Shown: positions 31,225 to 41,842, numbered from the stretch's first letter. The stretch: DNA of 64,000 bases from an uncultured Collinsella sp. (GCA_902464495.1 CABQJK010000004.1:10453-74452), one strand, 5' to 3'. Translations and numbers: made by a program. Notes: generated by a model from the sequence alone, not told the origin.

Positions 31225-32160
31225 CTAATTGACACGTTTTCCATTGTGACCGAAGGGTGTCTGGGCGTGAAGGGCAAACTTGGAGGGCGCATACCTTCCA
31301 TCCATCATGCGCTCGATAAGGCCCTCGAGTTCAAGCGAACCCAAGAGTTTGAGTACGCCGACAGCATCGAGCGAGACGAGCGCCGCGATGTCGTCGACCT
31401 TGAGCGGAGAGGCGATGAGCGCATGCATCACGGTCTGCTGCGTTGAATCCAGGTCGGCAATGCCGGGAGCATCGGGGCGCGAGTAGCGCAGGGTTCCATA
31501 GATGCGTGAGATAGCCATCTCGATAGATTCCTCGTCGATGATGCAGCAGGCACCGTTCGCAATGAGGTAATTCGTGCCACGCGACTCGGGCGATAGGATC
31601 GACCCCGGTACGGCAAGAAGTTCTCGCCCCAAATCCATAGCAGCCTCGGCTGTAGAAAACGTCCCGGAAGGCATACCCGCCTCGGATACAAAGAGGGCTT
31701 GCGACAGGGCCGCGATCACGCGATTGCGGCGCGGAAAGGCAAACTTGCGAGGACCCATGCCCCACGGGGAGATCGACACGACCGCGCCACCCGTATCGAG
31801 CGTGCGCGTAATAAGCCCCGCGCTCGAGCGCGGATAGACCACGTCGGCGCCCGTCCCCAGCACCACGACGTGTTTGCCGCCAGCGTTGACCGCAGCCCAA
31901 CCCGAGGCCTGGTCGCAACCGACCGCGCCGCCCGAAACTACCGTCACTCCCGCCTCGACCGCCACCTTTGCCGCAAGCTCTGCCACGGCAAGACCATACG
32001 GCGAGGCTTTGCGCGCGCCGATGATGGAGAGCGCGGGCGTCGAAAGCACCTCGGGGTTGCCGCGCACATAGAGCGTCTGGGGTACATCAGAAAGCTCCAA
32101 AACAGTCTCGGGAAACAACGCATCACCTGGATGCAGCTCAAAGGTCCCCTCTGCCATCAT
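31225..32160 (-). CDS. dprA: DNA processing protein DprA (Rossmann fold plus C-terminal wHTH)
   Basis: IIGARKASPYG, VVSGGAVGCD, FPRRNRVIAALS, GTNYLIANGA. Confidence 0.95.
   Translation of the reverse strand: MMAEGTFELHPGDALFPETVLELSDVPQTLYVRGNPEVLSTPALSIIGARKASPYGLAVAELAAKVAVEAGVTVVSGGAVGCDQASGWAAVNAGGKHVVVLGTGADVVYPRSSAGLITRTLDTGGAVVSISPWGMGPRKFAFPRRNRVIAALSQALFVSEAGMPSGTFSTAEAAMDLGRELLAVPGSILSPESRGTNYLIANGACCIIDEESIEMAISRIYGTLRYSRPDAPGIADLDSTQQTVMHALIASPLKVDDIAALVSLDAVGVLKLLGSLELEGLIERMMDGRYAPSKFALHAQTPFGHNGKRVN
31243..31271 (-). promoter_or_regulatory. Possible internal promoter for trmFO-xerC inside the dprA 3' end (TTCACG-17-CACAAT)
   Basis: Near-consensus hexamers with 17-nt spacing. 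Confidence 0.3.
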
Positions 32161-33680
32161 TGGTCCCTCCTTCCCTGATACATCGCCGCCTCGAGCACGT
32201 GGTCCTGCGTCACTTGCTCGCTCTCGGCGACATCTGCGATCGTGCGCGCAATGCGAACCAGGCGCACGATGCCGCGGCCCGTGAGATGCGTGCGCTTCGA
32301 CAGGCCGAGCACACACTTCTCCGCCGCATCATCGAGCTCAAAGGTCGAAACGACGCCGTCAATGGACCGCGTCTCATCATCCTCGGCCTCGGCATCCGCA
32401 TCGTCCATACGGGACTCGCGCCAGGCGCGAAAGGCGCGACCGCGCACAACGTAGTCACGTAACTCGGCCGACGACATACCCTCCGCTCCCTCGATAATCA
32501 CCTGGGGGTCGGGACGGATCACATCGATCATCATGTCGATACGGTCGGCCAAAGGACCGCGCAGTTTAGACCGATAGCGCTCGACCATCGCCGCCGAGCA
32601 GCGACACGGCACCTCGCGATCACCCAAGAAGCCGCAGGGGCAGGGATTGCTCGCAGCCAGCAGCTGAAAGCGCGACGGGAAGGTAAAGGCCCCGTCGACG
32701 CGTACGATCCTCACATAGCCGCGCTCGATGGGCTGACGCAGCGTCTGCAGCACACCCGTGGGAAACTCGGCAAGCTCGTCCAAAAAGAGCACGCCGCCAT
32801 GAGCAAGGCTGATCTCACCCGGATGCACCGGGCGTCCTCCGCCAATGAGGCCCGCCGTTGAAATGCTGTGATGGGGACTGCGGAAGGGCCGGTGTCCCGC
32901 CAACAAGCCATCAATGTTCTCACCCAAAACCGAATGGATGCACAGCGCCTCCTGTTGATCCTCAACGGAAAGCTCGGGCAGGATGCCGGTCATACGACGC
33001 GCGAGCATCGTCTTGCCCGATCCCGGGGACCCGATCATAAGCAAACCGAGCTCACCCGCTGCCGCCAGCGCCATGCCGCGTTTGGCAACCTCCTGCCCTA
33101 GCACGTCGGCATAGTCGAGTTCGGGCTCAAAGGTCGCCTCAACACCCTCGGAATCCAAGTAGTGCCGCGCGGCATCGCCCATGCCATGGGCAAGCTGAGA
33201 CAAATGATCGATGAATCCGCAATCAACGCCCGCAAGCGGCACATGCTGATCGGACCTGCCGGCGATAAAGGACAGCCCCATATCACGCGCCAATAGCTGA
33301 AACGCCACCTCGCCCTTGACAGGAAGCACCGTACCGTCCAAGCCAAGCTCACCAGCGATAAGACAACGATCGAGGTTGTCGCGGGGAATCTGACCATCGG
33401 CCGCCAATACCGCGATTGCGATGGGCAGATCAAAGCCGCTACCGGTTTTGCGAATATCGCCAGGCGCCAGATTGACCGTAATGCCCGAGCGCGGGATCTC
33501 GAACCCGGCGGAGCGCATCGCGCAGCGAATACGACCGCGTGACTCCATCACCTCCATACTCGGAATGCCGAGCATCTGAATACCCGGAACGCCGCCGGCA
33601 AGCGAGACCTCGACCGTGACGGGAATCGCCTCGACGCCGCGGATGCAGGCCGCGTGAACGGCAAACGTCTCGAACGCCAT
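32157..33680 (-). CDS. comM: ComM/YifB AAA+ helicase (Mg-chelatase-like)
   Basis: TVNLAPGDIRKTGSGFDLPIA, GSPGSGKT, RPFRSPHHS, LFLDE, ASNPCPCG. Confidence 0.95.
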   Translation of the reverse strand: MAFETFAVHAACIRGVEAIPVTVEVSLAGGVPGIQMLGIPSMEVMESRGRIRCAMRSAGFEIPRSGITVNLAPGDIRKTGSGFDLPIAIAVLAADGQIPRDNLDRCLIAGELGLDGTVLPVKGEVAFQLLARDMGLSFIAGRSDQHVPLAGVDCGFIDHLSQLAHGMGDAARHYLDSEGVEATFEPELDYADVLGQEVAKRGMALAAAGELGLLMIGSPGSGKTMLARRMTGILPELSVEDQQEALCIHSVLGENIDGLLAGHRPFRSPHHSISTAGLIGGGRPVHPGEISLAHGGVLFLDELAEFPTGVLQTLRQPIERGYVRIVRVDGAFTFPSRFQLLAASNPCPCGFLGDREVPCRCSAAMVERYRSKLRGPLADRIDMMIDVIRPDPQVIIEGAEGMSSAELRDYVVRGRAFRAWRESRMDDADAEAEDDETRSIDGVVSTFELDDAAEKCVLGLSKRTHLTGRGIVRLVRIARTIADVAESEQVTQDHVLEAAMYQGRRDQ

Positions 33681-34165
33681 CACGACACCTGCCAATCGAA
33701 CGCGTTGTACTGATGCTCGATCTCGGCGATATGCCCGCCACGAATGGTGACACCCACGGCATCGAAGCGAATCGCCTTGAGCGGATAATGCTCCATGAGA
33801 TAGCAACTTGCGATGCGGCGGTAGCGGCGTTGCTTTTGGGCGTCCACGGCCTCCTCGGGAAAGACCCGCGTGCTGCAATCCAGTGCAACGCGTCTGGTCT
33901 TGACCTCGGCCATCACCACGACATCGTCGAGCTCATCGAGCAGCACCAGATCGGCCTCGCCCTCGGAGCAACGATATCCCTGCTCCAGCAAGGTGTAGCC
34001 GCGCTCGTTAAAGTAGTCGATGGTGATCAGCTCGCCCAGCATGCCCAGCTCGCGGGGACTGAGTCCCTTGATAAACTCAGGCGTCATCGCCCCGCAGTCG
34101 AGCTCGCCGTTTTCCCAACGCTCCTTGAGCTGCTGCGTCTTGCTCTTTTTGCTTGCGGCACTCAT
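33680..34165 (-). CDS. yraN: YraN family nuclease (UPF0102)
   Basis: G.LGE...Y, GEADLV, EVKTR, EAVDAQKQRR, RFDAV; AAGGAG SD. Confidence 0.92.
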   Translation of the reverse strand: MSAASKKSKTQQLKERWENGELDCGAMTPEFIKGLSPRELGMLGELITIDYFNERGYTLLEQGYRCSEGEADLVLLDELDDVVVMAEVKTRRVALDCSTRVFPEEAVDAQKQRRYRRIASCYLMEHYPLKAIRFDAVGVTIRGGHIAEIEHQYNAFDWQVS

Positions 34166-34236
34166 GGGGTCTCCTTTCCCGCACGCTGCATTGCCCCGAT
34201 GATGAGGGCACCTTTCGTGCGGGTAAGTACCGGAAG

Positions 34237-34256
34237 CAAACCAAAAGCTGACCAAA
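34237..34256 (-). promoter_or_regulatory. Candidate competence box upstream of yraN-comM-dprA (TTTGGTCAGCTTTTGGTTTG)
   Basis: Identical to 5845-5864. Confidence 0.75.
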
Positions 34257-34263
34257 TGCCGTC

Positions 34264-34305
34264 AAAAAACGGGCCGTACGCAGCAATGGTGTTGCGTACG
34301 GCCCG
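34264..34305 (-). terminator. Terminator after rnhB, directly upstream of the candidate competence box
   Basis: 13-bp perfect arms cgggccgtacgca/tgcgtacggcccg plus A6 on +. Confidence 0.8.
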
Positions 34306-34354
34306 CTACCAGCAGGTTTATAAAACCCCAGAGGTCCCTGTCTCCACAATTGAC

Positions 34355-35143
34355 CTAGAAAAGGCGCTCAGTCTGCAGAAAGTTTCCGCAAAAGCTCACG
34401 CGGTGCAGTGGACAAAGTCCATGTTTGCGAATGGCCTCGATATGCTCGGGGCTTGCATAGCCCTTCGACTCGGCCAGATGGTACTCGGGATACTCGGCGT
34501 CGTACTCGACCATCATCTCGTCACGCGTGACCTTGGCCATGATGGATGCCGCGGCGATACAGGCGATCTTGGCATCGCCCTTGACCACGTCGCGCTCGTT
34601 AGGAACGGCGCCCAAGGGGTTGCCATCCATGAGGACGTAGTCGGGTTCAAGTCCCGTATCGGCCACGGCGCCCGCAACGGCGGCACGGATAGCACGGGCC
34701 ATGCCCATCTCATCGATATCCTTCGGCGCGATATGGCAAAAACCGATCGCCGTCGCCACCTCGGCAATCTTCACCGAGAGCAACTCGCGGCGCGCGGGCG
34801 TGAGCTTTTTGGAATCGTTGATACCCCAGACGCGCGGCTCCATAGGAAGACAGACGGCGCATACCGTCAAAGGGCCGGCCACCGATCCGCGACCTACCTC
34901 GTCGACACCAACGACCACACCATCACCGCCGAGCTCATGCATAAGCTCGTACATGTCATTGACGCGCTCGCGCTCGGCAAGCTCTTTGTCATGGCGTTTG
35001 AGGGCGCGTTCACAAGCCTTGATCACCTGCTGGCGCGGGTCCTCGCGATAATGCTCCACGAGGGCGGGAATCTCCTCAAACGTAGCGCTCGCCAACTCAC
35101 CGGCAACCTGCGATGCCGAAACCGAGCTCGTCATGTTGGCCAT
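34355..35143 (-). CDS. rnhB: Ribonuclease HII
   Basis: GVDEVGRG, DSKKL, KGDA, IAAASIMAKVTRD. Confidence 0.96.
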   Translation of the reverse strand: MANMTSSVSASQVAGELASATFEEIPALVEHYREDPRQQVIKACERALKRHDKELAERERVNDMYELMHELGGDGVVVGVDEVGRGSVAGPLTVCAVCLPMEPRVWGINDSKKLTPARRELLSVKIAEVATAIGFCHIAPKDIDEMGMARAIRAAVAGAVADTGLEPDYVLMDGNPLGAVPNERDVVKGDAKIACIAAASIMAKVTRDEMMVEYDAEYPEYHLAESKGYASPEHIEAIRKHGLCPLHRVSFCGNFLQTERLF

Positions 35144-35172
35144 ACCAGGCCCTCCTTGCATGCAAATCAGAT

Positions 35173-35202
35173 AAAAAGAAGGGCCACCCGAAGGTGACCC
35201 TT
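35173..35202 (-). terminator. Terminator after rplS
   Basis: aagggccacc/ggtgaccctt stem with U-run on -. Confidence 0.7.
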
Positions 35203-35236
35203 GTGTCCAAACGAGTGGACAGACGCTGCGATCTTC

Positions 35237-35578
35237 TTAGCGCTTCTCGGGGATGCGAGCAGCCTTGCCCACCTTGTCGCGGAGGTAGTACAGCTTGGCG
35301 CGACGGACGCGACCATGACGGACGACCTCGAGCTTGGCGATCTTGGGGCTGTGAAGCGGGAAGGTACGCTCAACACCGACACCGAAGGACATCTTGCGGA
35401 CGGTGAAGGTCTCGCGGGCACCGGCGCCGGCCATGCGGATGACGTCGCCCTGGAAGACCTGGATGCGCTCGCGGTCGCCTTCCTTAATGCGGTAGTGAAC
35501 CTTGACGTTGTCGGCGACGCGAACCTGAGGAATGTCCTCGCGGATCTGCTGACGCTCGATTGCGCGGATGTAATCCAT
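35237..35578 (-). CDS. rplS: 50S ribosomal protein L19
   Basis: [30 protein letters not shown]. Confidence 0.98.
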   Translation of the reverse strand: MDYIRAIERQQIREDIPQVRVADNVKVHYRIKEGDRERIQVFQGDVIRMAGAGARETFTVRKMSFGVGVERTFPLHSPKIAKLEVVRHGRVRRAKLYYLRDKVGKAARIPEKR

Positions 35579-35787
35579 GTGCAATTCCTTACTCTTCTAG
35601 AGGTGCCGTACCACCTTGGCCGGCACGTAGTTGAACAAACGTATTCGAGTATACACGCGCGGGTTTCTGCTGCAAGAACATTTTTTCACGCAGACAAAAA
35701 GACAAAACCCGCACATGATAACCGCCCGTCTCACGAATGAGACGGGCGGCATGAAGGGGGCTACGCTAGGCGTCTAAACCCAAAACG

Positions 35788-38538
35788 TTAGGCGGAACGC
35801 TTGGCCTCGAGCTTGGCCTGAGCGGCAGCCAGGCGCGCGAGGGGCACGCGATAGGGCGAGCAGGACACGTAGTCCACGTCGGCCACGTTAAACAGGCCCT
35901 TGATGGACTTGGGGTCGCCGCCGTGCTCGCCGCACACGCCAAAGTGCATGTCAGGATTGGTGGCGCGGCCCTTCTCGACGGCCAAGCGCACGAGCTCCAG
36001 CACCGCCGCGTCGATGGTCTCGAAGGGGTTGTCTTTCAGGATCTTTTTATGCATGTACAGCGGGATGAACTTGGCCTCGGCGTCATCGCGCGAGAAGCCA
36101 AAGGTCGTCTGGGTGAGGTCGTTGGTGCCAAAGCAGAAGAAATCTGCGTGATGTGCGATCTCGTCGGCGACCATGCAGGCACGCGGCAGCTCGAGCATCG
36201 TGCCCACGGAAATATTGAGCTCGACGCCTTCCTCGGCGGAAACCTCGGCGATCACGTGCTCGATAACCTCGCGGGTCTGGACATGCTCGGCCGTGATGGA
36301 AACGAGCGGAACCATGATCTCGGGGCGCGGGTCGACACCCTCCTTGATAAGGCGGGCAGCGGCCGTGGCGACGGCGCGAACCTGCATGAGCGGCAGATCG
36401 CCAAAGACGACGGACAGGCGCACGCCGCGCAAGCCCAGCATGGGGTTGGACTCGACCATGCCGTCAATGCGACGCAGGCGGGCGCGCAGGGCAGTGAGCT
36501 CCTCCTCGGGAGCGCCGGCGGCCTCCTTCTTGGTGATGGCGACCTCGAGCTCGCGAGGATTATCCAGGAACTCATGAAGCGGCGGATCGAGCAGGCGGAC
36601 GACCACATCGCGACCGGACATGGTCTTGAACATCGCCAGGAAGTCCTCGGTCTGAACCTTGAGTAGGTCGGCCAGGGCCTGCTGCTTTACGGCCTCGTCA
36701 TCGGACAGGATAAAGCTCTGGATGATGTTCTTGCGGTCGCCCAGGAACATATGCTCGGTGCGGCACAGGCCGATGGCCTCGGCGCCAAACTCGAGCGCGA
36801 GTGCAGCATCCTCGGGGTTGTCGGCGTTAACGCGCACGTGGTTGGCGTGGCCGCAGGTCTCGTCCAAGCGAATCTCGTCGGCCCAGGACAGGATGGTGTC
36901 CAGGTCGCCGGTGAGCTCGGCCGAAACCAGGTCGACGGCGCCGTCGACGACGATGCCCTGGGTACCGTCGATGGAGATGACATCACCCTCGCGCAGCACG
37001 CGGTCGCTGCCCTCGATGTGCACGACCTTCTCGGCGGCGTCGATATGGAAGAGCTCGACACCGCAGACGCAGGGCGTACCCATGCCGCGGGCGATAACGG
37101 CGGCATGGCTCGTCTTGCCGCCATGGCTGGTCAGGATGCCCTCGGCGGCGACCATGCCCTTCAGGTCGTCGGGGTTGGTCTCCCAGCGGACCAGAATGAC
37201 CTTGTGGCCCTCGGCGGAACGCGCGACGGCGTCATCACTCGAGAACACGACCTCGCCCACGGCGGCACCAGGGCTGGCGTTAAGGCCGCTGGCCAGGGCC
37301 TCGTACTTCTTGGAGGCGTCGAACTGCGGGTGCAGGAGCTGATCGAGCTGCGCGGGATCGATGCGGCTCACAGCCTCCTCGCGGGTGATCAGGCCCTCCT
37401 CGACCATTTCGATAGCAATGCGCAGGGCGGCAGTGGCGGTGCGCTTGCCCACGCGGGTCTGGAGCATCCAGAGCTTGCCCTGCTCGATGGTGAACTCGAT
37501 ATCGCACATATCGCGGTAATGATCCTCGAGCGTCAGGAACACGCGCTCGAGCTCCTCGCCTGCGGACTCGAGGCCCGAGGTGGTCTTGAGGTCGGCGATG
37601 GGCTCGGTGTTTCGGATGCCGGCGACGACGTCCTCGCCCTGGGCATTCACCAAAAAGTCGCCATAGAACTCCTTGGTGCCGTCGGCCGGGTTGCGCGTAA
37701 AGGCGACGCCGGTCGCAGAGGTCTCGCCCTTGTTGCCAAAGGCCATGGCCTGGACGTTGACGGCGGTGCCGAGCTCGTCGGAAATGCCGTGCTGCTTGCG
37801 GTAGATGCAGGCGCGCTCGTTCATCCAGCTGCCAAAGACGGCCTGGATGGCAAGGCGCAGCTGGAGCTCCGGATCGTGCGGGAAAACGGGCTTACCGTCG
37901 GCGACCTCGAGCTCGGGATACAGGGTCGCCTCGACGTTCTCGGAGAAGATGCCCTTAAAGGTCTCGACGAGCTCCTGCAGGTCCTCGGCCGAAAGCTCGG
38001 AATCGACACGAACGCCGGCGACCAGGCGGGCCTGGGTCAGGGCGTTCTCGAATAGGTCGGCGTCGACGCCCATGACGACGTTGGAGAACATCTGGATAAA
38101 GCGACGGTAGCTGTCCCAGGCAAAGCGCGGGTTCTGCGTCTGCGCGATAAGGCCCTGGACGGAATCGTCGTTGAGGCCCAGGTTGAGGACCGTGTCCATC
38201 ATGCCGGGCATGGAGAACGGAGCGCCCGAGCGAACCGACACGAGCAGCGGATCGGAGGCATCGCCGAGTTTCTTGCCGCAACGGGCCTCGAGGTCCGCCT
38301 CGGCGGCAACGATCTCATCGAGTGCGCCTTCGGGCCAGACGTTGCCGGCACCGGAGTACTCGACACAGGTCTGGCAGGTAATGGTAAAGCCACCGGGAAC
38401 CGGCAGACCGATGCGGCTCATCTCGGCAAGGTTTGCGCCCTTGCCGCCAAGCACGAAGTTCATGGACTTGTCGCCCTCAGTGACACAGGTGCCCAGGGCG
38501 TCGGTTCCAAAACGGTAAACCCTCTTGCAATCGCTCAC
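35788..38538 (-). CDS. ppdK: Pyruvate phosphate dikinase
   Basis: GGKGANLAEM, SVRSGA..SMPGMMDT, GGKTSHAA, GLCRTEHMF, FGTNDLTQ. Confidence 0.97.
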   Translation of the reverse strand: MSDCKRVYRFGTDALGTCVTEGDKSMNFVLGGKGANLAEMSRIGLPVPGGFTITCQTCVEYSGAGNVWPEGALDEIVAAEADLEARCGKKLGDASDPLLVSVRSGAPFSMPGMMDTVLNLGLNDDSVQGLIAQTQNPRFAWDSYRRFIQMFSNVVMGVDADLFENALTQARLVAGVRVDSELSAEDLQELVETFKGIFSENVEATLYPELEVADGKPVFPHDPELQLRLAIQAVFGSWMNERACIYRKQHGISDELGTAVNVQAMAFGNKGETSATGVAFTRNPADGTKEFYGDFLVNAQGEDVVAGIRNTEPIADLKTTSGLESAGEELERVFLTLEDHYRDMCDIEFTIEQGKLWMLQTRVGKRTATAALRIAIEMVEEGLITREEAVSRIDPAQLDQLLHPQFDASKKYEALASGLNASPGAAVGEVVFSSDDAVARSAEGHKVILVRWETNPDDLKGMVAAEGILTSHGGKTSHAAVIARGMGTPCVCGVELFHIDAAEKVVHIEGSDRVLREGDVISIDGTQGIVVDGAVDLVSAELTGDLDTILSWADEIRLDETCGHANHVRVNADNPEDAALALEFGAEAIGLCRTEHMFLGDRKNIIQSFILSDDEAVKQQALADLLKVQTEDFLAMFKTMSGRDVVVRLLDPPLHEFLDNPRELEVAITKKEAAGAPEEELTALRARLRRIDGMVESNPMLGLRGVRLSVVFGDLPLMQVRAVATAAARLIKEGVDPRPEIMVPLVSITAEHVQTREVIEHVIAEVSAEEGVELNISVGTMLELPRACMVADEIAHHADFFCFGTNDLTQTTFGFSRDDAEAKFIPLYMHKKILKDNPFETIDAAVLELVRLAVEKGRATNPDMHFGVCGEHGGDPKSIKGLFNVADVDYVSCSPYRVPLARLAAAQAKLEAKRSA

Positions 38539-38835
38539 GATACTTCCCCTTCCATGCACTCTCGCGCACGACCGTGGTAACGAATCGACCCGCCGGATGC
38601 GAGCCGTGAGGGTACTATACGGCGGGCGTTGAGCGGGCTTGCGAAGAGGGCGCGGGGTTTGGTAAACGTGATAAATGTGACGGTAAACGGTAGGTAAAAG
38701 TGGTTACCTTATGAAGATACCAATACAACGAACTTGCAGGTCAAATGCAAGTATATTGCTAAATCGCTTTACCATTATCGTGCATTATTTTAGGCAGTCT
38801 TTATTAGACGGGGCATTTTTAGCTACCCCAATGAG

Positions 38836-39711
38836 CTAGCTTTGTTGGGCTCGACGAGCGGCGCGGCGGGTACGGGCTTCTTGGATTTCCATCAAATGAC
38901 CGATGATCTCGGCAGCGCTTTCCTCGATGGCCTTGCCGTCGGTACGAACCACAAAGCAGCCCAGGCGTTTCATGAGCGCGCGGGCTTCAGCAAGCTCGCT
39001 GCACACGCTCTCGGGCTCGGCATAGGAGCCCGCGACGGCGCGGGCGTAGTCATCACCCAAGCGGCTATCGCGAATCTCGGAAATCACATCGACGGTCGAA
39101 ATCAAGCCAAACAACCGCATCGGGTCGACCTCGTAAATCGACTTCGGCGGCTCCATGCCGTGCGCGAGCGGAACGTTGGCAACCTTGTAACCCTGATAGG
39201 CCAAATACATCGACAGCGGCGTCTTGGACGTGCGCGACACGCCCAGCAGCACGATATCGGCACCCGACAGATCGTCGCAGCCGCGCCCGTCGTCGTGCTC
39301 AACGAAATACTCCATGGCTTCGATGCGATGGAAATAGCGGTCATCGGTCTTGTGAATCACGCCCGCAATGCCCTTGGGCGGCACACCGATGAGTGACGAC
39401 AGCACGGCAAGCGTCGGGCCGATCAGGTCCACCGAACGGATATGCAGCATGCCCAGGTAATCGAGCACGCGGGCGCGAAGCACCGGATCGACAATGGTAT
39501 GGAACACGGCAATATCGCGATGATCCGCATCGACACGCGGGCCCACAAACGATTTAACCTGCTCCACCGAGGTCACCTTGGGGAGGCGCAAGAGACGAAA
39601 AGCCCCTTCATCAAATTGCCCGGACGCCGCAAGCACCACCTCACAAGCGGTATCACCGAGCGAGTCGGAGATAACGATGACGGTGGGACGAGCGGTGACC
39701 AGGCAATCCAT
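38836..39711 (-). CDS. PPDK/PEP-synthase regulatory kinase-pyrophosphorylase (DUF299)
   Basis: ISDSLGDT, HDDG, GVSRTSKTPLSMYLA, ANVP. Confidence 0.93.
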   Translation of the reverse strand: MDCLVTARPTVIVISDSLGDTACEVVLAASGQFDEGAFRLLRLPKVTSVEQVKSFVGPRVDADHRDIAVFHTIVDPVLRARVLDYLGMLHIRSVDLIGPTLAVLSSLIGVPPKGIAGVIHKTDDRYFHRIEAMEYFVEHDDGRGCDDLSGADIVLLGVSRTSKTPLSMYLAYQGYKVANVPLAHGMEPPKSIYEVDPMRLFGLISTVDVISEIRDSRLGDDYARAVAGSYAEPESVCSELAEARALMKRLGCFVVRTDGKAIEESAAEIIGHLMEIQEARTRRAARRAQQS

Positions 39712-39745
39712 GCGGGGCTCCTTTTGCGCTTATGTGCAGGCTGGC

Positions 39746-41842
39746 TTACTTTTTGCGGGCAAGCTCACCGATGTTGGCGATGCCGGAGAAAACGGCCTCG
39801 AAGCGGTTGAGCAGCTTAAGGCGATTATCGCGAAGCTGCTCGTCCTTGTCCATGACCATGACCTCATCGAAGAAACGGTCGATGGGCGCGCGCAGGGCGG
39901 CGAGGGCGGCAAATGCGGCCGGGTAGTCCTCGGCAGCAAGGGCGGCATCGACGGCGGTCTGAGCAGCCTCGGAGGCGTCGGCGAGCGCAAGCTCGACCTC
40001 GCCCATCAGGCTGCGGTCATACTCAGCACCCAGCTCGGGCTTGGAGATATGCGCGGCGCGAGCATAGGCGGTCGCCAGGTTGTCGAACGTCTCAGCATCG
40101 TTCTTGCGGGCCTCGTCGAGGGCGGCGCAGCGGGCGAAGAAGACGGACGGGGCGATGATGTGCACCGCGGAGACGGCGGCGACGGTATCGGCCGGAATCT
40201 TTTCGTCGCGGGCCATGCTCACCAGGCGGCCATGGAAGAAGTCACGAACCTGCTGGGCGACCTCGGCGGCGTCGAACTCAATGCCCTGCTCACTGTAGAG
40301 TTCGAGGGCAAAGTCGATGAGCAACGTGGGGTCGATCGGCAGACGGTCGCGCAGGATGTTGATAATGCCGATAGCGGCACGACGCAGCGCGTAGGGGTCG
40401 GAGGAGCCGGTCGGGGGCTCACCGATGGCAAAGATACCGGCGATGGTATCGAGCTTGTCGGCGCAGGCCACGATGCAGCCAGCGGTGCCCTCGGGCAGCT
40501 CGTCACCGGCAAAACGGGGACGATAGTGATCGCGAATAGCATGAGCGACCTCGTCGTTCTCCCCCATCGCGGTCGCGTAATAACCGCCCATCACGCCCTG
40601 CTGGCTCGTGAATTCGACGACGGCGTTGGATACCAGGTCGGCCTTGCACAGGTGCGCGGCGCGAGCAGCGTCGGCGGCAAGATGGGCGCCCAAATGAGCC
40701 TCGCGGGCGATAGCGAGCGCGAGCTGCTCAATACGCTCGGACTTGGCGAGCACGCTACCGAGCTTCTCCTGGAAGGCGACCTTGGCCAGACGCTCGCGGA
40801 ACTCGTCGAGGGAGATCTTCAGGTCCTCCTCGTAGAAGAACTTGGCGTCGTCCAGACGGGCGCGCACGACGCGCTCGTTGCCGTCGATCACGCGCTCGGC
40901 GTTCTCGGGCTTGCTGTTGGAGACGACCACGAACTCACGCGTCAGCTTGCCCTCGCCGTCATAGATCGGGAAGTAGCGCTGGTTGGTGAGCATGGACTCG
41001 CAGATGATCTCGTGCGGGACCTTGAGGAACTCCTCATCGAAGGTACCGACGAGCACCGTCGGCCACTCGCAGAGGTTGATGACCTCCTCGAAGACCTTCT
41101 TGGGCGTATCGACATGGCAGCCGGGACGGGCAGCCTCGACCTCGGCGATACCGGCGAGGATGACCTCACGACGACGCTCGGCAGAAAGCACACCTGCGTC
41201 CTCGAGCACCTGCTCGTAAACAGCGGGGCTGGCAACCACATGGTCGCCAGGCCCAAGTACGCGATGGCCGCGCGTAGTGTTGCCGCTCGTCACGTCGGCA
41301 AACGACACGGGCACAACATCCTCGCCCAAAAGGCAGCAGATCCAGCGGACCGGGCGCACGAAGGTGGCGTGCTCGTGGCCCCAGCGCTGACTACGGTAGT
41401 TGGGCCACTGCAGGCCGGCGATGGTCTTCTCGCACAGGGCCGTCAGGATCGGAGTAGCCGGAGCGGAAGGAATGTTCTTCTCGGCAAAGACGTACTCACG
41501 GCCGTCGGTGTCCTCGCGACGGACCAGATCCTCGGCAGCCACACCGCACTTGCGGGCGAAGCCCTGGGCGGCCTTGGTGGCGTTACCGTCAGCGTCGAAG
41601 GCAATGTTGGCCGCGGGGCCACGCTTGACCTCGTGAACCTCATCGGTCGCGGTGGCGACGTCGGCCACGAGTGCAGCCAAACGACGCGGACTCGAGATCA
41701 CGCGGACCTCGCCGTGGGCCAGACCGGCCTCGTCGAGACCCTTGGCGATCATGGTGCCAAGCTGCTTTACGGCATTGTTCAGCGGTGCGGAGGGCATTTC
41801 CTCCGTACCGATCTCAAACAGGAAATCCTTAGCGTCTGCCAT
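39746..41842 (-). CDS. glyS: Glycyl-tRNA synthetase beta subunit
   Basis: EIGTEEMP, RARLDDAKFF, PTGSSDPYALRR. Confidence 0.97.
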   Translation of the reverse strand: MADAKDFLFEIGTEEMPSAPLNNAVKQLGTMIAKGLDEAGLAHGEVRVISSPRRLAALVADVATATDEVHEVKRGPAANIAFDADGNATKAAQGFARKCGVAAEDLVRREDTDGREYVFAEKNIPSAPATPILTALCEKTIAGLQWPNYRSQRWGHEHATFVRPVRWICCLLGEDVVPVSFADVTSGNTTRGHRVLGPGDHVVASPAVYEQVLEDAGVLSAERRREVILAGIAEVEAARPGCHVDTPKKVFEEVINLCEWPTVLVGTFDEEFLKVPHEIICESMLTNQRYFPIYDGEGKLTREFVVVSNSKPENAERVIDGNERVVRARLDDAKFFYEEDLKISLDEFRERLAKVAFQEKLGSVLAKSERIEQLALAIAREAHLGAHLAADAARAAHLCKADLVSNAVVEFTSQQGVMGGYYATAMGENDEVAHAIRDHYRPRFAGDELPEGTAGCIVACADKLDTIAGIFAIGEPPTGSSDPYALRRAAIGIINILRDRLPIDPTLLIDFALELYSEQGIEFDAAEVAQQVRDFFHGRLVSMARDEKIPADTVAAVSAVHIIAPSVFFARCAALDEARKNDAETFDNLATAYARAAHISKPELGAEYDRSLMGEVELALADASEAAQTAVDAALAAEDYPAAFAALAALRAPIDRFFDEVMVMDKDEQLRDNRLKLLNRFEAVFSGIANIGELARKK

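Noticed and set aside
35633..35647. GAACAAACGTATTCG upstream of rplS as an SOS box
   Set aside because: Half-site spacing does not fit GAAC-N4-GTTC, and the target gene is implausible
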